Positions 18,927 to 28,100 of a stretch of 64,000 nt of DNA are shown piece by piece. The position numbers and the translations under genes are program-made. The DNA lies in contig CAJLFQ010000003.1 of the NCBI GenBank assembly GCA_905205975.1, positions 3,130 to 67,129 of the forward strand, in the 5' to 3' direction. The notes under the pieces were generated by a model. The model did not search any database, was not told the DNA's origin, and worked only from the letters and a program-made list of their open reading frames with translations. This stretch comes from an uncultured Eubacteriales bacterium. GTDB lineage: Bacteria; Bacillota; Clostridia; Oscillospirales; QAMX01. Within the stretch, counting starts at the first letter, position 1. Every line of letters starts with the position of its first letter.

Positions 18927-20981
18927 ATGCATTTGATTTCGGATGTCAACGTTTTTCAGGGATGCGGTGCGATTGACCTGCCAGCGCCGCAGGGTGTCGC
19001 GGCCAGCTGGCATTTTATCAAAGCGCTCTGCGGCAACACGCATCCGGGCGCGGTACGGCCGTTCGGCAAACTGTCTGCCTGCTGTTATTCGGCCGGATAC
19101 TCCGCCGGATACGGGCATCATCGCATCAATTGCGGCGGCCCCATCCGTCCACTCTGGGACAGCGACCGATTTATCGGCATTTCGCATATGCACCAGAGCG
19201 GCATCGGCGCGCTGGGCTTTTATGAAAACTACGCGCTGACCATTCCGTTCTGCGGGACGCTGACAGCAGAGACAGCCGTCCGCGGCATCCGCTCGGAGTC
19301 TGCGGAACCGGGGTACTATGCCGTGACATCCAGCGATGGGATTCGTTCGGAAGTGACGGTCAGTCCGCGCTGCGCACGCCACCGCTATACGTTCCCCGCG
19401 TCAGGCGGTCGGATCGCAATTGACTTTACAAACGACGGACTGTATGAAGGCGAAAACGTTGCCTCACGGCCGAAGTCGTGGCGCGTCGAACGGCTGTCCG
19501 CCTCCGAAGCTGCGGCGGAAGCTGTTTTGCAGGGCGTCTGCGTGTCTTTTTATGTGAGCTGCCGTGGCAGTACCGGATGCACGCTCTGGCGGGGAAGCGC
19601 GCTGACGGACGCCGACCGGCTGTCGGCCTGCGGCGCCGCCGCGGAAGAACGGGGCGGATGCTGCTTTGACCTTGCAGAACAGACGGCAGAGCTCGTCGTC
19701 AGCGTCTCGCTGCGGGGAGAGCGGCAGGCACGTGAGGCGGCGGAAGCGGAAACCGCATCTTTTGAAACCGTCCGCGAGGAAGCGCACCGTGCATGGGCGG
19801 AACGGCTCAGCCACATTGAAATCGAAACCGCAGACGACCGGGAACGCGAAATCTTTGCATCGAACTTTTACCATTCTCTGGTCAAGCCGTCCGACTGGCA
19901 GGACGAAAGCTTTCTGTACCGGCAGGAAGACTTTATGCTCGATTTCTGTACGCTCTGGGACCAGTATAAAACGCAGCTCCCGCTGATTTTCACACTTTTT
20001 GACGACATATCAGGGAAAATTGTATCGACATATGAAGCGCTGAGCGAAACGCTCGGCTTTCTGCCGCACACGTTCGTACTCTGCGATCAGTTCCGCATTG
20101 AAGCCAAACAGGCGCAGATGCTCGGCGTCTATGTACTGTACGACGCGTTCTGCCGCGGCATCGGCGACCCCGAATCGCTGCTGGCGGCGATCCGGCGGGA
20201 TCTGACCCGGCCGGAGTACCGTCCGTTTTTTGAAACCGGCGTGTGTGAAAAGACAACGCATACGCTCGATATGGCAGAAGGGTGTCTGGCGGCGGCGGAA
20301 CTGGCGCGCGCCTGCGGCGATACGGCGCTGGCGAACCATCTGGAATCGTCTGCTCAATCCGTCTGGCAGGCGTTTGACCCGGCAACGGGGCTTCTCCGGG
20401 CAGACGCGGATTACTATGAGGGCAATCACTGGAACTATTCCTTCCGGCCGATGCGCGACATGCGGAAACGAATTGCCCTGACGGGATCCGCAGAAGCGTT
20501 TGTACGGCTTTGCGACCGGTTCTTCGGCTTTACGGACGCTGCAGATACGACGGCGCGTTTTGAGGGGTTCAACAATGAAACCGATATGGAAGCGCCGTAT
20601 GCCTATCTGTATGCCGGCCGCCATGATCGGCTCTGCGACGTTCTGACGGATGGGCTGGACAGCATGTTTACGACCGGCAGGGGCGGACTCCCGGGCAACA
20701 ACGACTCCGGCGGACTGTCGTCCTGCTACTTATGGAACGCGCTCGGCGTTTTCCCGGTGAGCGGACAAAATAAAATGCTGATCGGCACGCCGCGGTTCGA
20801 ACAGGCAGTGCTCCATTTGTCCGGCGGCCGGGACTTTCAGATTGTCCGCCGCGGGCGCGGCCGGTATGTCCGGGAGGCGAAGCTCAACGGGGTGCCCATC
20901 CAAAATTTCCAATTTTCTGTCCGGCAGATGATGTCCGGCGGTACGCTGGAGCTGACGATGTCGGAACAGCCGGTCTGCTGA
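18927..20981 (+). CDS. GH92-like glycoside hydrolase (alpha-mannosidase family), no signal peptide
   Basis: 684 aa. GH92-like motifs recalled from the family: GNTHPGAVRPFG, ISHMHQSGIG, PGYYAV...RHRYTF, LWDQYKT, EGNHWNYSF, ETDMEAPYAYLY, GLPGNNDSGGLSSCYLWNALG. Confidence 0.7.
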   Translation: MHLISDVNVFQGCGAIDLPAPQGVAASWHFIKALCGNTHPGAVRPFGKLSACCYSAGYSAGYGHHRINCGGPIRPLWDSDRFIGISHMHQSGIGALGFYENYALTIPFCGTLTAETAVRGIRSESAEPGYYAVTSSDGIRSEVTVSPRCARHRYTFPASGGRIAIDFTNDGLYEGENVASRPKSWRVERLSASEAAAEAVLQGVCVSFYVSCRGSTGCTLWRGSALTDADRLSACGAAAEERGGCCFDLAEQTAELVVSVSLRGERQAREAAEAETASFETVREEAHRAWAERLSHIEIETADDREREIFASNFYHSLVKPSDWQDESFLYRQEDFMLDFCTLWDQYKTQLPLIFTLFDDISGKIVSTYEALSETLGFLPHTFVLCDQFRIEAKQAQMLGVYVLYDAFCRGIGDPESLLAAIRRDLTRPEYRPFFETGVCEKTTHTLDMAEGCLAAAELARACGDTALANHLESSAQSVWQAFDPATGLLRADADYYEGNHWNYSFRPMRDMRKRIALTGSAEAFVRLCDRFFGFTDAADTTARFEGFNNETDMEAPYAYLYAGRHDRLCDVLTDGLDSMFTTGRGGLPGNNDSGGLSSCYLWNALGVFPVSGQNKMLIGTPRFEQAVLHLSGGRDFQIVRRGRGRYVREAKLNGVPIQNFQFSVRQMMSGGTLELTMSEQPVC

Positions 20982-21149
20982 AGAAGCGGCTTATTGAAGA
21001 AGACAGGAGAGTTCTTTGTGGCATTTTGACCTTTCTGCGCTGACGCTGGATTGGAAAGCACCGGAAAGCCGATGAAATGGGATCAAATCCATCGATCAAA
21101 AGACCATCAAGAGAGCAAGCGAACAAGTCGACGAATGGAGGAAAACAAG

Positions 21150-21854
21150 ATGAGCGGCTATCGAAAATACTTTACCCTGAGCTATGATGACGGCGTGATT
21201 TGGGACATCCCGTTCCTGAAAATCATCAATGACTGCGGTCTCAAAGCGACGTTCAATCTGAATTCGGGGCTTCTGGGTCAGAAAGTGGATATCACGCAGA
21301 ACGGCATCACGTTCAACCACGACAAAGTCGACCCCGAACAGGTGCGGGCGCTTTACGCCGGGCATGAAATTGCCACGCATGCCGTCACGCACCCGAACCT
21401 TTGCAGCCTGTCGGATGAAGAAATCCGCGCGCAGATCTGCGGCGACCGCGAGGCGCTCTCCGCACTGGCTGGATATGACGTCTGTGGGCATGCCTATCCC
21501 GGCGGCGCATACGACGAGCGGGTGGCAGGGGTGCTGGCGCAATGCGGCATTCGATATGCGCGGACGATCGTGTCGACCCACTCGTTCGCCATGCCGAAAA
21601 ATCTGATGATCTGGCACCCGACCTGTTACCATCAGGAGGATGTGCTGTTTGACCTGGCCGACGAATTTCTGCGCGCCGAACCTCGAGACAGCGATTTGCT
21701 GTTCTATGTCTGGGGCCACACCTATGAATTCAACATTTGGGACAGCTGGGACCGCATTCGCCGTTTCTGCGAAAAGATGGCTGGGCATTCGGACATTACA
21801 TATGCCACCAACCTGGAGATCGCCGAACGGGCAGCGGCCGGTAAAACGATTTAG
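21150..21854 (+). CDS. polysaccharide deacetylase (CE4 / NodB-like)
   Basis: 234 aa from the ATG at 21150 (GGAGGAAAACAAG upstream). Motifs FTLSYDDG, EIATHAVTHP and YPGG. Confidence 0.75.
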   Translation: MSGYRKYFTLSYDDGVIWDIPFLKIINDCGLKATFNLNSGLLGQKVDITQNGITFNHDKVDPEQVRALYAGHEIATHAVTHPNLCSLSDEEIRAQICGDREALSALAGYDVCGHAYPGGAYDERVAGVLAQCGIRYARTIVSTHSFAMPKNLMIWHPTCYHQEDVLFDLADEFLRAEPRDSDLLFYVWGHTYEFNIWDSWDRIRRFCEKMAGHSDITYATNLEIAERAAAGKTI

Positions 21855-21896
21855 CAGAAAAAAGCGGAAAATTCCAAAAAGCCCATCGTCCACCAC

Positions 21897-21925
21897 TTGA
21901 CAAAAAATTGCTGGAATGGTATAAT
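21897..21925 (+). promoter_or_regulatory. sigma-A promoter of the T-box operon
   Basis: TTGACA (21897-21902), 17-nt spacer, TGgTATAAT (21917-21925). Confidence 0.75.
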
Positions 21926-21938
21926 AAATGCATATATC

Positions 21939-22223
21939 GGATGCAGTGAACAAGAGGAGTAACCGCCTGAAACGATTCAGAGAAGGTGCGGCCGGTTTTC
22001 GCCGGGTGTGAGCCGCCCCATCGGGCAGGGCAGTGAAGGTCGCTTGTGAGCATTCTGTGCTGAACCGGCTGGTCGGCTGGTCGTAAGCGCAGGACGGGTG
22101 CTCCCGTTAACGGGCAGAGGTTTTTTGACCTTACTGAGTGTGCGGCGCTGCCGCAAATCTGGGTGGTACCGCGGGCTGATTTTCATGCGCCCGTCCCGAG
22201 CAATCGAGGACGGGCGCTTTTTT
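21939..22223 (+). promoter_or_regulatory. T-box riboswitch leader (probable Val, specifier GUC) with intrinsic terminator
   Basis: Conserved T-box sequence AAATCTGGGTGGTACCGCGG at 22155-22174. Terminator GCGCCCGTCC-loop-GGACGGGCGC plus T6 at 22187-22223. Stem I base helix GGATGC/GCATTC carries a GA (K-turn) motif. AGTA lies on the 5' side of the specifier loop, with an AGAGAAGG bay and distal GGTGTGA. The 3' side of the specifier loop reads GAAGGTCG (22035-22042). Confidence 0.88.
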
Positions 22224-22310
22224 ATATCTTTTTCTGCGCCATACCGCCGCTGCATCCGCCTGTCAATTCAAACGGTATGCACATGACTTATTTTGAGGGG
22301 GCTTGATTCT

Positions 22311-22868
22311 GTGTCTGACCATGTAAAGGAAATTGCCGTGCGGCTGAAAACCATGCGTGAAATTTCAGGCCTGACGGTAGAAGAAATGGGCGAACGCCTG
22401 ACCATTACGGCGGCGGAATACGCCAGAATGGAGAGCGGCGAGATCGATATTCCGGTCAGCGTTCTTTGTGAAGCGGCTGATATCTTCGGCATTTCGGTGA
22501 CTGAATTGCTGACGGGCGACCGCGCAAAACTGAAAATGTACTCCGTCGTCCGGAAAGGGCGCGGAATCGGCGTCGAACGAACGGCCGGCTATGACTATGC
22601 TTCTCTGGCACATGGCTTTGCAGAACGGCGCGTTGAGCCGCTGCTTGTCACCATCGAACCAAAAGACGATTCGACGGCGCTGCACATGAATACCCATACC
22701 GGCCATGAATTTCACTATTGTCTGGAAGGCGAAATGCGCCTGTATATCGGCGGCCATGAACTGACCATTCACGAGGGTGACTCGGTCTACTTTGATTCCA
22801 AATACCCGCACGCGATGCGCGCGCTCAACGGAAAGCCTGTGAAGCTGGTCGTCATCGTTATCAAATAA
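22311..22868 (+). CDS. XRE-family HTH regulator with C-terminal cupin domain
   Basis: 185 aa from GTG 22311 (GAGGGGG upstream). HTH region ISGLTVEEMGERLTITAAEYARMESGE. Cupin region HTGHEFHYCLEGEMRLYIGG...GDSVYFDSKYPH. Confidence 0.85.
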   Translation: MSDHVKEIAVRLKTMREISGLTVEEMGERLTITAAEYARMESGEIDIPVSVLCEAADIFGISVTELLTGDRAKLKMYSVVRKGRGIGVERTAGYDYASLAHGFAERRVEPLLVTIEPKDDSTALHMNTHTGHEFHYCLEGEMRLYIGGHELTIHEGDSVYFDSKYPHAMRALNGKPVKLVVIVIK

Positions 22869-22901
22869 AACACCCAAAAAACCACTTAGGCGAGGCTGAA
22901 T

Positions 22902-24560
22902 ATGCTGATTTCTAAATTCTGCGAGACACAATTCTCTTCTTATGAAGACTTCAGGGATCGTTTCAAAATCAACGTCCCGGAGAACTTTAACTTTGCATAC
23001 GACGTTGTCGATGAACTGGCGCGGACAAAACCGGATGCACGGGCGCTGGTCTGGTGCGACGACAAAGGCAACGACAAAACGTTCACGTTTGCCGACATGA
23101 AGCGCCTGTCGGATCAGGCGGCCTCTCTGTTCACGTCGGACGGCATCCGGAAAGGCGACGTGGTCATGACGCTCCTGCGCAGCAAATACCAATACTGGAT
23201 CTGTGCGCTGGCGCTGCATAAAATCGGTGCCGTTCTGCTGCCTGCCACGCATCAGCTGATGGCGAAAGACTTGGAATACCGGTTCCGTGCGGCTTCTGTT
23301 GCGGCGGTGGTGAGCATCGATGACGAGCGGCTGACCGCTGCGATCCGGCATGCGCAGGAAAACGCGCCGTCGCTGCGCAAAAAATATGTGGTCGGCCATG
23401 CGCCGGAAGGCTTCATCGACTTTGACGCTGCATTGGCTGCGGCATCGCCGGATTTTCAGCGGCCAACCGGTGCAGAGGCGACAACGAACGAAGACCTGAT
23501 GCTGATGTACTTCACCTCCGGAACGACCGGTATGCCGAAAATGGTCGTTCACGATTTCCGGTATCCGCTCGGTCACATCCTGACGGCCAAATTCTGGCAG
23601 GATCTTCACCCCGGCGACCTGCATTTTACCCACGCGGATACGGGGTGGGCCAAGACGTCATGGGGGAAAATCTATGGCCAGTGGATCTGCGAAGCAGCGA
23701 TCTTCGTCTACGACTACGAAAACAAATTCAAACCGACCGATCTCCTGCGCGTCATCGAACAGCATAAAGTCACGGTTTTCTGTGCACCGCCGACGGTTTT
23801 CCGCTTCCTGATCAAGGCTGACATCGAGCATTATGACCTCTCCTGTCTGCGCCATTGCTGCATCGCGGGCGAACCGCTCAACGCCGAAGTCTACAATAAA
23901 TGGAAAGAAATTACCGGGCTGGAGCTGCGCGAGGGGTTTGGCCAGTCGGAAACCTGCGTTCTGATTGCAACGTTCCCGTGGATTGCGGCGAAGCCCGGCT
24001 CTACGGGGCGCCCAAGTCCGCATTTCAATGTGAAATTGCTGGGCGGCGACGGGAAAGAAGTCGAACCCGGCGATGAAGGGGAAATCTGTATCGACATCTC
24101 CCATGGCCGGCCGGCCGGTCTGACCTGCGGATATTATCATGATCCGCTCAAAACCGCAGAAATCATGTATGACGGCTGGTATCACACCGGCGATATGGCA
24201 TGGATGGATGAAGACGGATACCTCTGGTTTGTCGGCCGCGCAGACGATGTGATCAAATCCTCCGGTTACCGCATCGGGCCGTTTGAAGTCGAAAGCGCGC
24301 TGCTGGAGCATCCGAGCGTCCTGGAAGCGGCGATTACGGCGGTGCCGGACAGTGAACGCGGCCAGATCGTGAAAGCGACGGTTGTCCTTGTCCAGGGAAC
24401 CGTTCCGTCTGACGCACTGAAAAAAGAACTGCAGGATCACGTCAAACGCACAACCGCGCCGTACAAGTATCCGCGGATCATTGAATTTGTCGAGGAGATC
24501 CCGAAGACGTTCAGCGGGAAGATCAAACGTGCGGAGATCCGCAGCAAGGATAAACGCTGA
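22902..24560 (+). CDS. AMP-forming acyl-CoA synthetase (medium/short-chain, ACSM/MACS-like)
   Basis: 552 aa. AMP-binding motifs YFTSGTTGMPK, WYHTGD, GRADDVIKSSGYRIGPFEVE and PKTFSGKIKR. Confidence 0.88.
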   Translation: MLISKFCETQFSSYEDFRDRFKINVPENFNFAYDVVDELARTKPDARALVWCDDKGNDKTFTFADMKRLSDQAASLFTSDGIRKGDVVMTLLRSKYQYWICALALHKIGAVLLPATHQLMAKDLEYRFRAASVAAVVSIDDERLTAAIRHAQENAPSLRKKYVVGHAPEGFIDFDAALAAASPDFQRPTGAEATTNEDLMLMYFTSGTTGMPKMVVHDFRYPLGHILTAKFWQDLHPGDLHFTHADTGWAKTSWGKIYGQWICEAAIFVYDYENKFKPTDLLRVIEQHKVTVFCAPPTVFRFLIKADIEHYDLSCLRHCCIAGEPLNAEVYNKWKEITGLELREGFGQSETCVLIATFPWIAAKPGSTGRPSPHFNVKLLGGDGKEVEPGDEGEICIDISHGRPAGLTCGYYHDPLKTAEIMYDGWYHTGDMAWMDEDGYLWFVGRADDVIKSSGYRIGPFEVESALLEHPSVLEAAITAVPDSERGQIVKATVVLVQGTVPSDALKKELQDHVKRTTAPYKYPRIIEFVEEIPKTFSGKIKRAEIRSKDKR

Positions 24561-24652
24561 CGGAAGAATACAAAGCGTATTACATTGCGAGAACAGATTC
24601 CTGAAAGTAATACGCTCTTCCAGAAATTGTGCAATATGACGAACAAGGCGCA

Positions 24653-24700
24653 AACCAAGCAGCGTTTCAGCGGCTGAATCCGATGAAACGCTGCTTGGTT
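24653..24700 (+). terminator. 17-bp perfect hairpin downstream of the acyl-CoA synthetase gene (no U-tract)
   Basis: AACCAAGCAGCGTTTCA, 14-nt loop, TGAAACGCTGCTTGGTT. It is preceded by a second 10-bp hairpin at 24574-24616 (AGCGTATTAC/GTAATACGCT). Confidence 0.5.
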
Positions 24701-24878
24701 CTGTGTTGGAAACCTGCCGGAAGGGCAGAAAACGCTGTTCCGCGAGGCCGTTGGCCGGCCAAAACATATCCGGCCAAATCGCTGAATATGCTGGAATCAC
24801 AGGGGGTATTGCTGGGCTACTTTGGACAAGAAAGCTGGAATTCATAAAACTTTAATGGATATGGTAGTATGACCGCTC

Positions 24879-24907
24879 TTGACAAAGTGCCCCAAATAAA
24901 ATATCAT
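24879..24907 (+). promoter_or_regulatory. sigma-A promoter of the 12-kb transporter-like operon
   Basis: TTGACA (24879-24884), 17-nt spacer, TATCAT (24902-24907), within a locally AT-rich stretch. It implies a ~220-nt 5' leader. Confidence 0.55.
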
Positions 24908-25134
24908 ATAGGTAGAGTCTATTGGGCTATTTTACGATGCAATGTCGAAAAAAGAGGCATTTGTGCCGAAAAGAGATGCATTCGAGAGTTTGCACCTGTG
25001 TTCACGGGTGCAATCTTTCGAATTATTCCCTTTTTCGGATAGGGCAAAATACACAAATGCCATTTGAGACTGCCGCGGGTCGGCGGAATCGCAAAAAGTC
25101 CCAGGAAGTTATCCTGTAAGGAAAGGGTGGAAGC

Positions 25135-28100
25135 ATGCGGAGGTTTACCAGAAACGGCGAAAGCCGGAAAGTCTTCGCCAAAGCAGGCAGATCCTTCACG
25201 CGAAGCGTGGAAGTTTTGCTTGCCGCAGTGATGCTCGTGTCCGTGATGGCGGGAGCCTTGACGGCCCGTGCAGACGAGACCGAGGGAATCGGAGCGGTTG
25301 ACAAAACCGTGACCTCGAGCAATTTCAAAGAAGGCTCCTACAGCGCATACCAGAACGAGCACGCCGACAAACCCCTCTATCAGGGGGAGGATATCATTAT
25401 CCCGGCTGCCGACTACACTGACACGAATACAAACATCAAAGTTTTTGACGAATACGAGGGCGTCAAAAACGCGGTGCTCCTGAAGGACACCTCAAAGGAG
25501 CAGGAAGAAGACGAGAGCCATGGCGAATCCTCCGCGGATGGCAGCCTGGAGCTCAAGGAATATGACAAGGCCTATGTCACCTACAAAGTCAATATTCCGC
25601 AGTCTGCGATGTACGAGATCTACTTCAAGTATTTCCCGATTGAAGGCAAGGGCACTGAAATCGAACGTGAAATCATGATCGATGGCGCCTACCCCTTTAA
25701 TGAAGCGACCTACCTGGCTTTCTCCCGCATCTGGCAGGATACGGAAAAGGTCGGCACCGTCTTTGACACCGCCGGCAATGAAATCCGCCCCACCACGCAG
25801 GAAGCGCCGGAATGGACCGTGAAATATCTGAACGATGATCGCGGCTACTTCTTCAAATCGTTCCGCTTCTATCTGGAAGCCGGCGAACATGAACTCAAGA
25901 TCCTTTCCGTCAAAGAGCCGATGCTCCTTGCGGAAATCGGTCTCGGCATGAAAGACGAACCGCGGCCCTATGCGGAAGTCAAGGCCGAATACGAATCCAA
26001 AGGCTACCAGATGACCACCGGTCAAAGCGTGAAGATCGAAGCGGAAGACACGTTCCAGAAGAGCGCTTCTTCCCTCTACCCGTATCACAGCCGCGCCTCC
26101 GTCAGCACGACGGGCGTCTCCGGCAAATTTACCTATGACCATACGCAGGTCAACGTCATCGGCGGCGAACGCTGGGAGACGGCCGGCCAGTGGATTTCCT
26201 GGAAGATCACAGTCCCGGAAACCGGTCTGTACAACATCTCGGCGCGCGGCCGCCAGAACGTCAACAAGAGCATGACATCCGGCCGCTGCCTGCGCATCGA
26301 CGGTGAAATCCCGTTTGCAGAAGCGGAAAACTGCGGCTTCTTCTACAGCGCGGATTTCCGGATGTACACACTGGGCGATGAAGAAGTCGGCGAACCGTTC
26401 CTCTTCTATTTTGAAGCCGGCCGCGAATACACGATGTCCCTGCAGGTCAACCTGGGTGTCATCGAAGATCTGGCCCGCCGCCTGGATAACTCCGTGACCG
26501 AACTCATGACGGTTTACCGCCGCCTGCTGATGCTCATCGGCGCAACGCCGGATAAAGAGCGCGACTACGACTTCAAACAGGCGATGCCGAACGAGCTGAA
26601 AACCATGGCCGTTCAGGCGGACGAACTGGATTCCATTCTGAACGATATGCTTGAGGCGACCGGCGAGCGCAACTCGGATATGGCCGTTCTGGAACGTACC
26701 TCGAGACGTCTGAGAACCATGTCGGCGCACGAGCATACCATCGCCAAAAACTTTACGCAGTTCAAGAGTGATGTTTCGGCCATTGCAAACTGGATTCTTG
26801 ACCTGAACTACCAGCCCCTCGAGCTGGACTATTTCCTAATCACTTCGCCAGAAGAAAAACTGCCGAAGGCCAACGCCGGCTTCTTTGCAGGCATCGGCCA
26901 TGAGCTGCGCCTCTTCATCTCTTCGTTCACGACGGACTACACGTCAGTCGGTGCGGAAGTTTCCGCGGACGAAGCGGTGACTGTCTGGTTCGCCCCGGGC
27001 AATACGGCCGGTCAGGTCGTCGGCGGCGGCCGTGAACAGGCACAGATCCTGAAGCAGATGATCGATGACGACTTCACCGTCAATCACCCGGATGTCCCGG
27101 TCAACCTCCAGCTGATCGACCTGAGCGCACTGCTGCCGGCAACGCTGGCTGGCAAAGGCCCGGACGTCGCACTGCAAGTCGCGGGTACCAACCCGGTTCA
27201 GTACGCCATGCGCGGCGCCGTCGTCGACCTGGCGCAGTTCAGCGACTATCAGGAAGTCGCCAAACGGTTCTTCCCGAGCTCGCTGGTTCAGTTCCAGTAT
27301 CTGCAGGGCGTCTACGCACTGCCGGAAACGCAGACCTATCAGGTGATGTTCTACAGAACCGATATTATGGAAGAACTGGGTCTGGAAGTTCCGCAGACGT
27401 GGGCCGATGTCTACGACATCATTCCGGAACTGCAGAACAACTACATGAACTTCGGTTTCCCGGCCAACACAAACAACTACTACACGCTGCTCTATCAGAA
27501 CGGCGGCTCTCTCTACCGCGGCGAAGGCGAAACGCTCGGCTATGCGACCAACCTCGACTCGCAGACGGCTGTTGAATCCTTCATCTCCTACGTCGATATG
27601 TACCGCAGCTATAAGCTGGATATTCAGATCGACTTCCAGAACCGCTTCAGAACCGGTGAAGTTCCGATCGGTGTCGCCGACTTTACGACGGTGAACGCCC
27701 TGAGCGTTACGGCGCCGGAAATCCGCGGCCTGTGGAGCTTCGCGCTGGTTCCGGGTACGGAACGCACCGATGAAAACGGCAACACCTTCATTGACCGTTC
27801 TGTCGCAACAAGCGGTAACGGCTGTATCATCCTGAAGAAATCCAAACACCCGGAAAAGGCGTGGGAATTCATCAAGTGGTGGACATCCGACACGGCGCAG
27901 ACCCGTTACTGTCTCGAAGTCGAAGCAACGATGGGTGTTGCAGCCCGTATCCCGTCGGCCAACATCAACGTCATGTACAACCAGGCGTGGTCGACCGACG
28001 ATTATAAGATGCTGATGGCGCAGCGTGCATGGGCGAAGGGTATTCCGGAAGTTCCGGGCGGCTACTACACGACCCGTCACATGGATAACGCCTTCAACCG

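Noticed and set aside
22038-22040. Reading the T-box specifier as GGU (glycine), by counting directly after the GAA of the specifier loop.
   Set aside because: The codon would then be followed by C rather than the conserved purine. The antiterminator bulge is UGGU, which by the known discriminator covariation pairs with A73, whereas bacterial tRNA-Gly has U73. GUC followed by G fits better. The call remains provisional.
22365-23633. Long antisense ORFs opposite well-supported genes. Examples: 22365..23633, 23658..24845, 25492..26736, 26944..28080, 33799..35157, 39731..41461, 4728..5894, 8908..9822, 10407..11357, 47939..49015 and 55478..56584.
   Set aside because: Each overlaps a gene with strong motif evidence on the other strand. 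Their translations are Arg/Gly/Ala/His-rich without motifs. This is the expected stop-codon depletion on the antisense strand of GC-rich coding DNA.
24629-24847. A 72-aa ORF in the 575-bp intergenic region before the large operon.
   Set aside because: It has no SD. It overlaps the 17-bp hairpin. Its sequence has no features of a real protein, so the region is better explained as terminator plus promoter or leader DNA.
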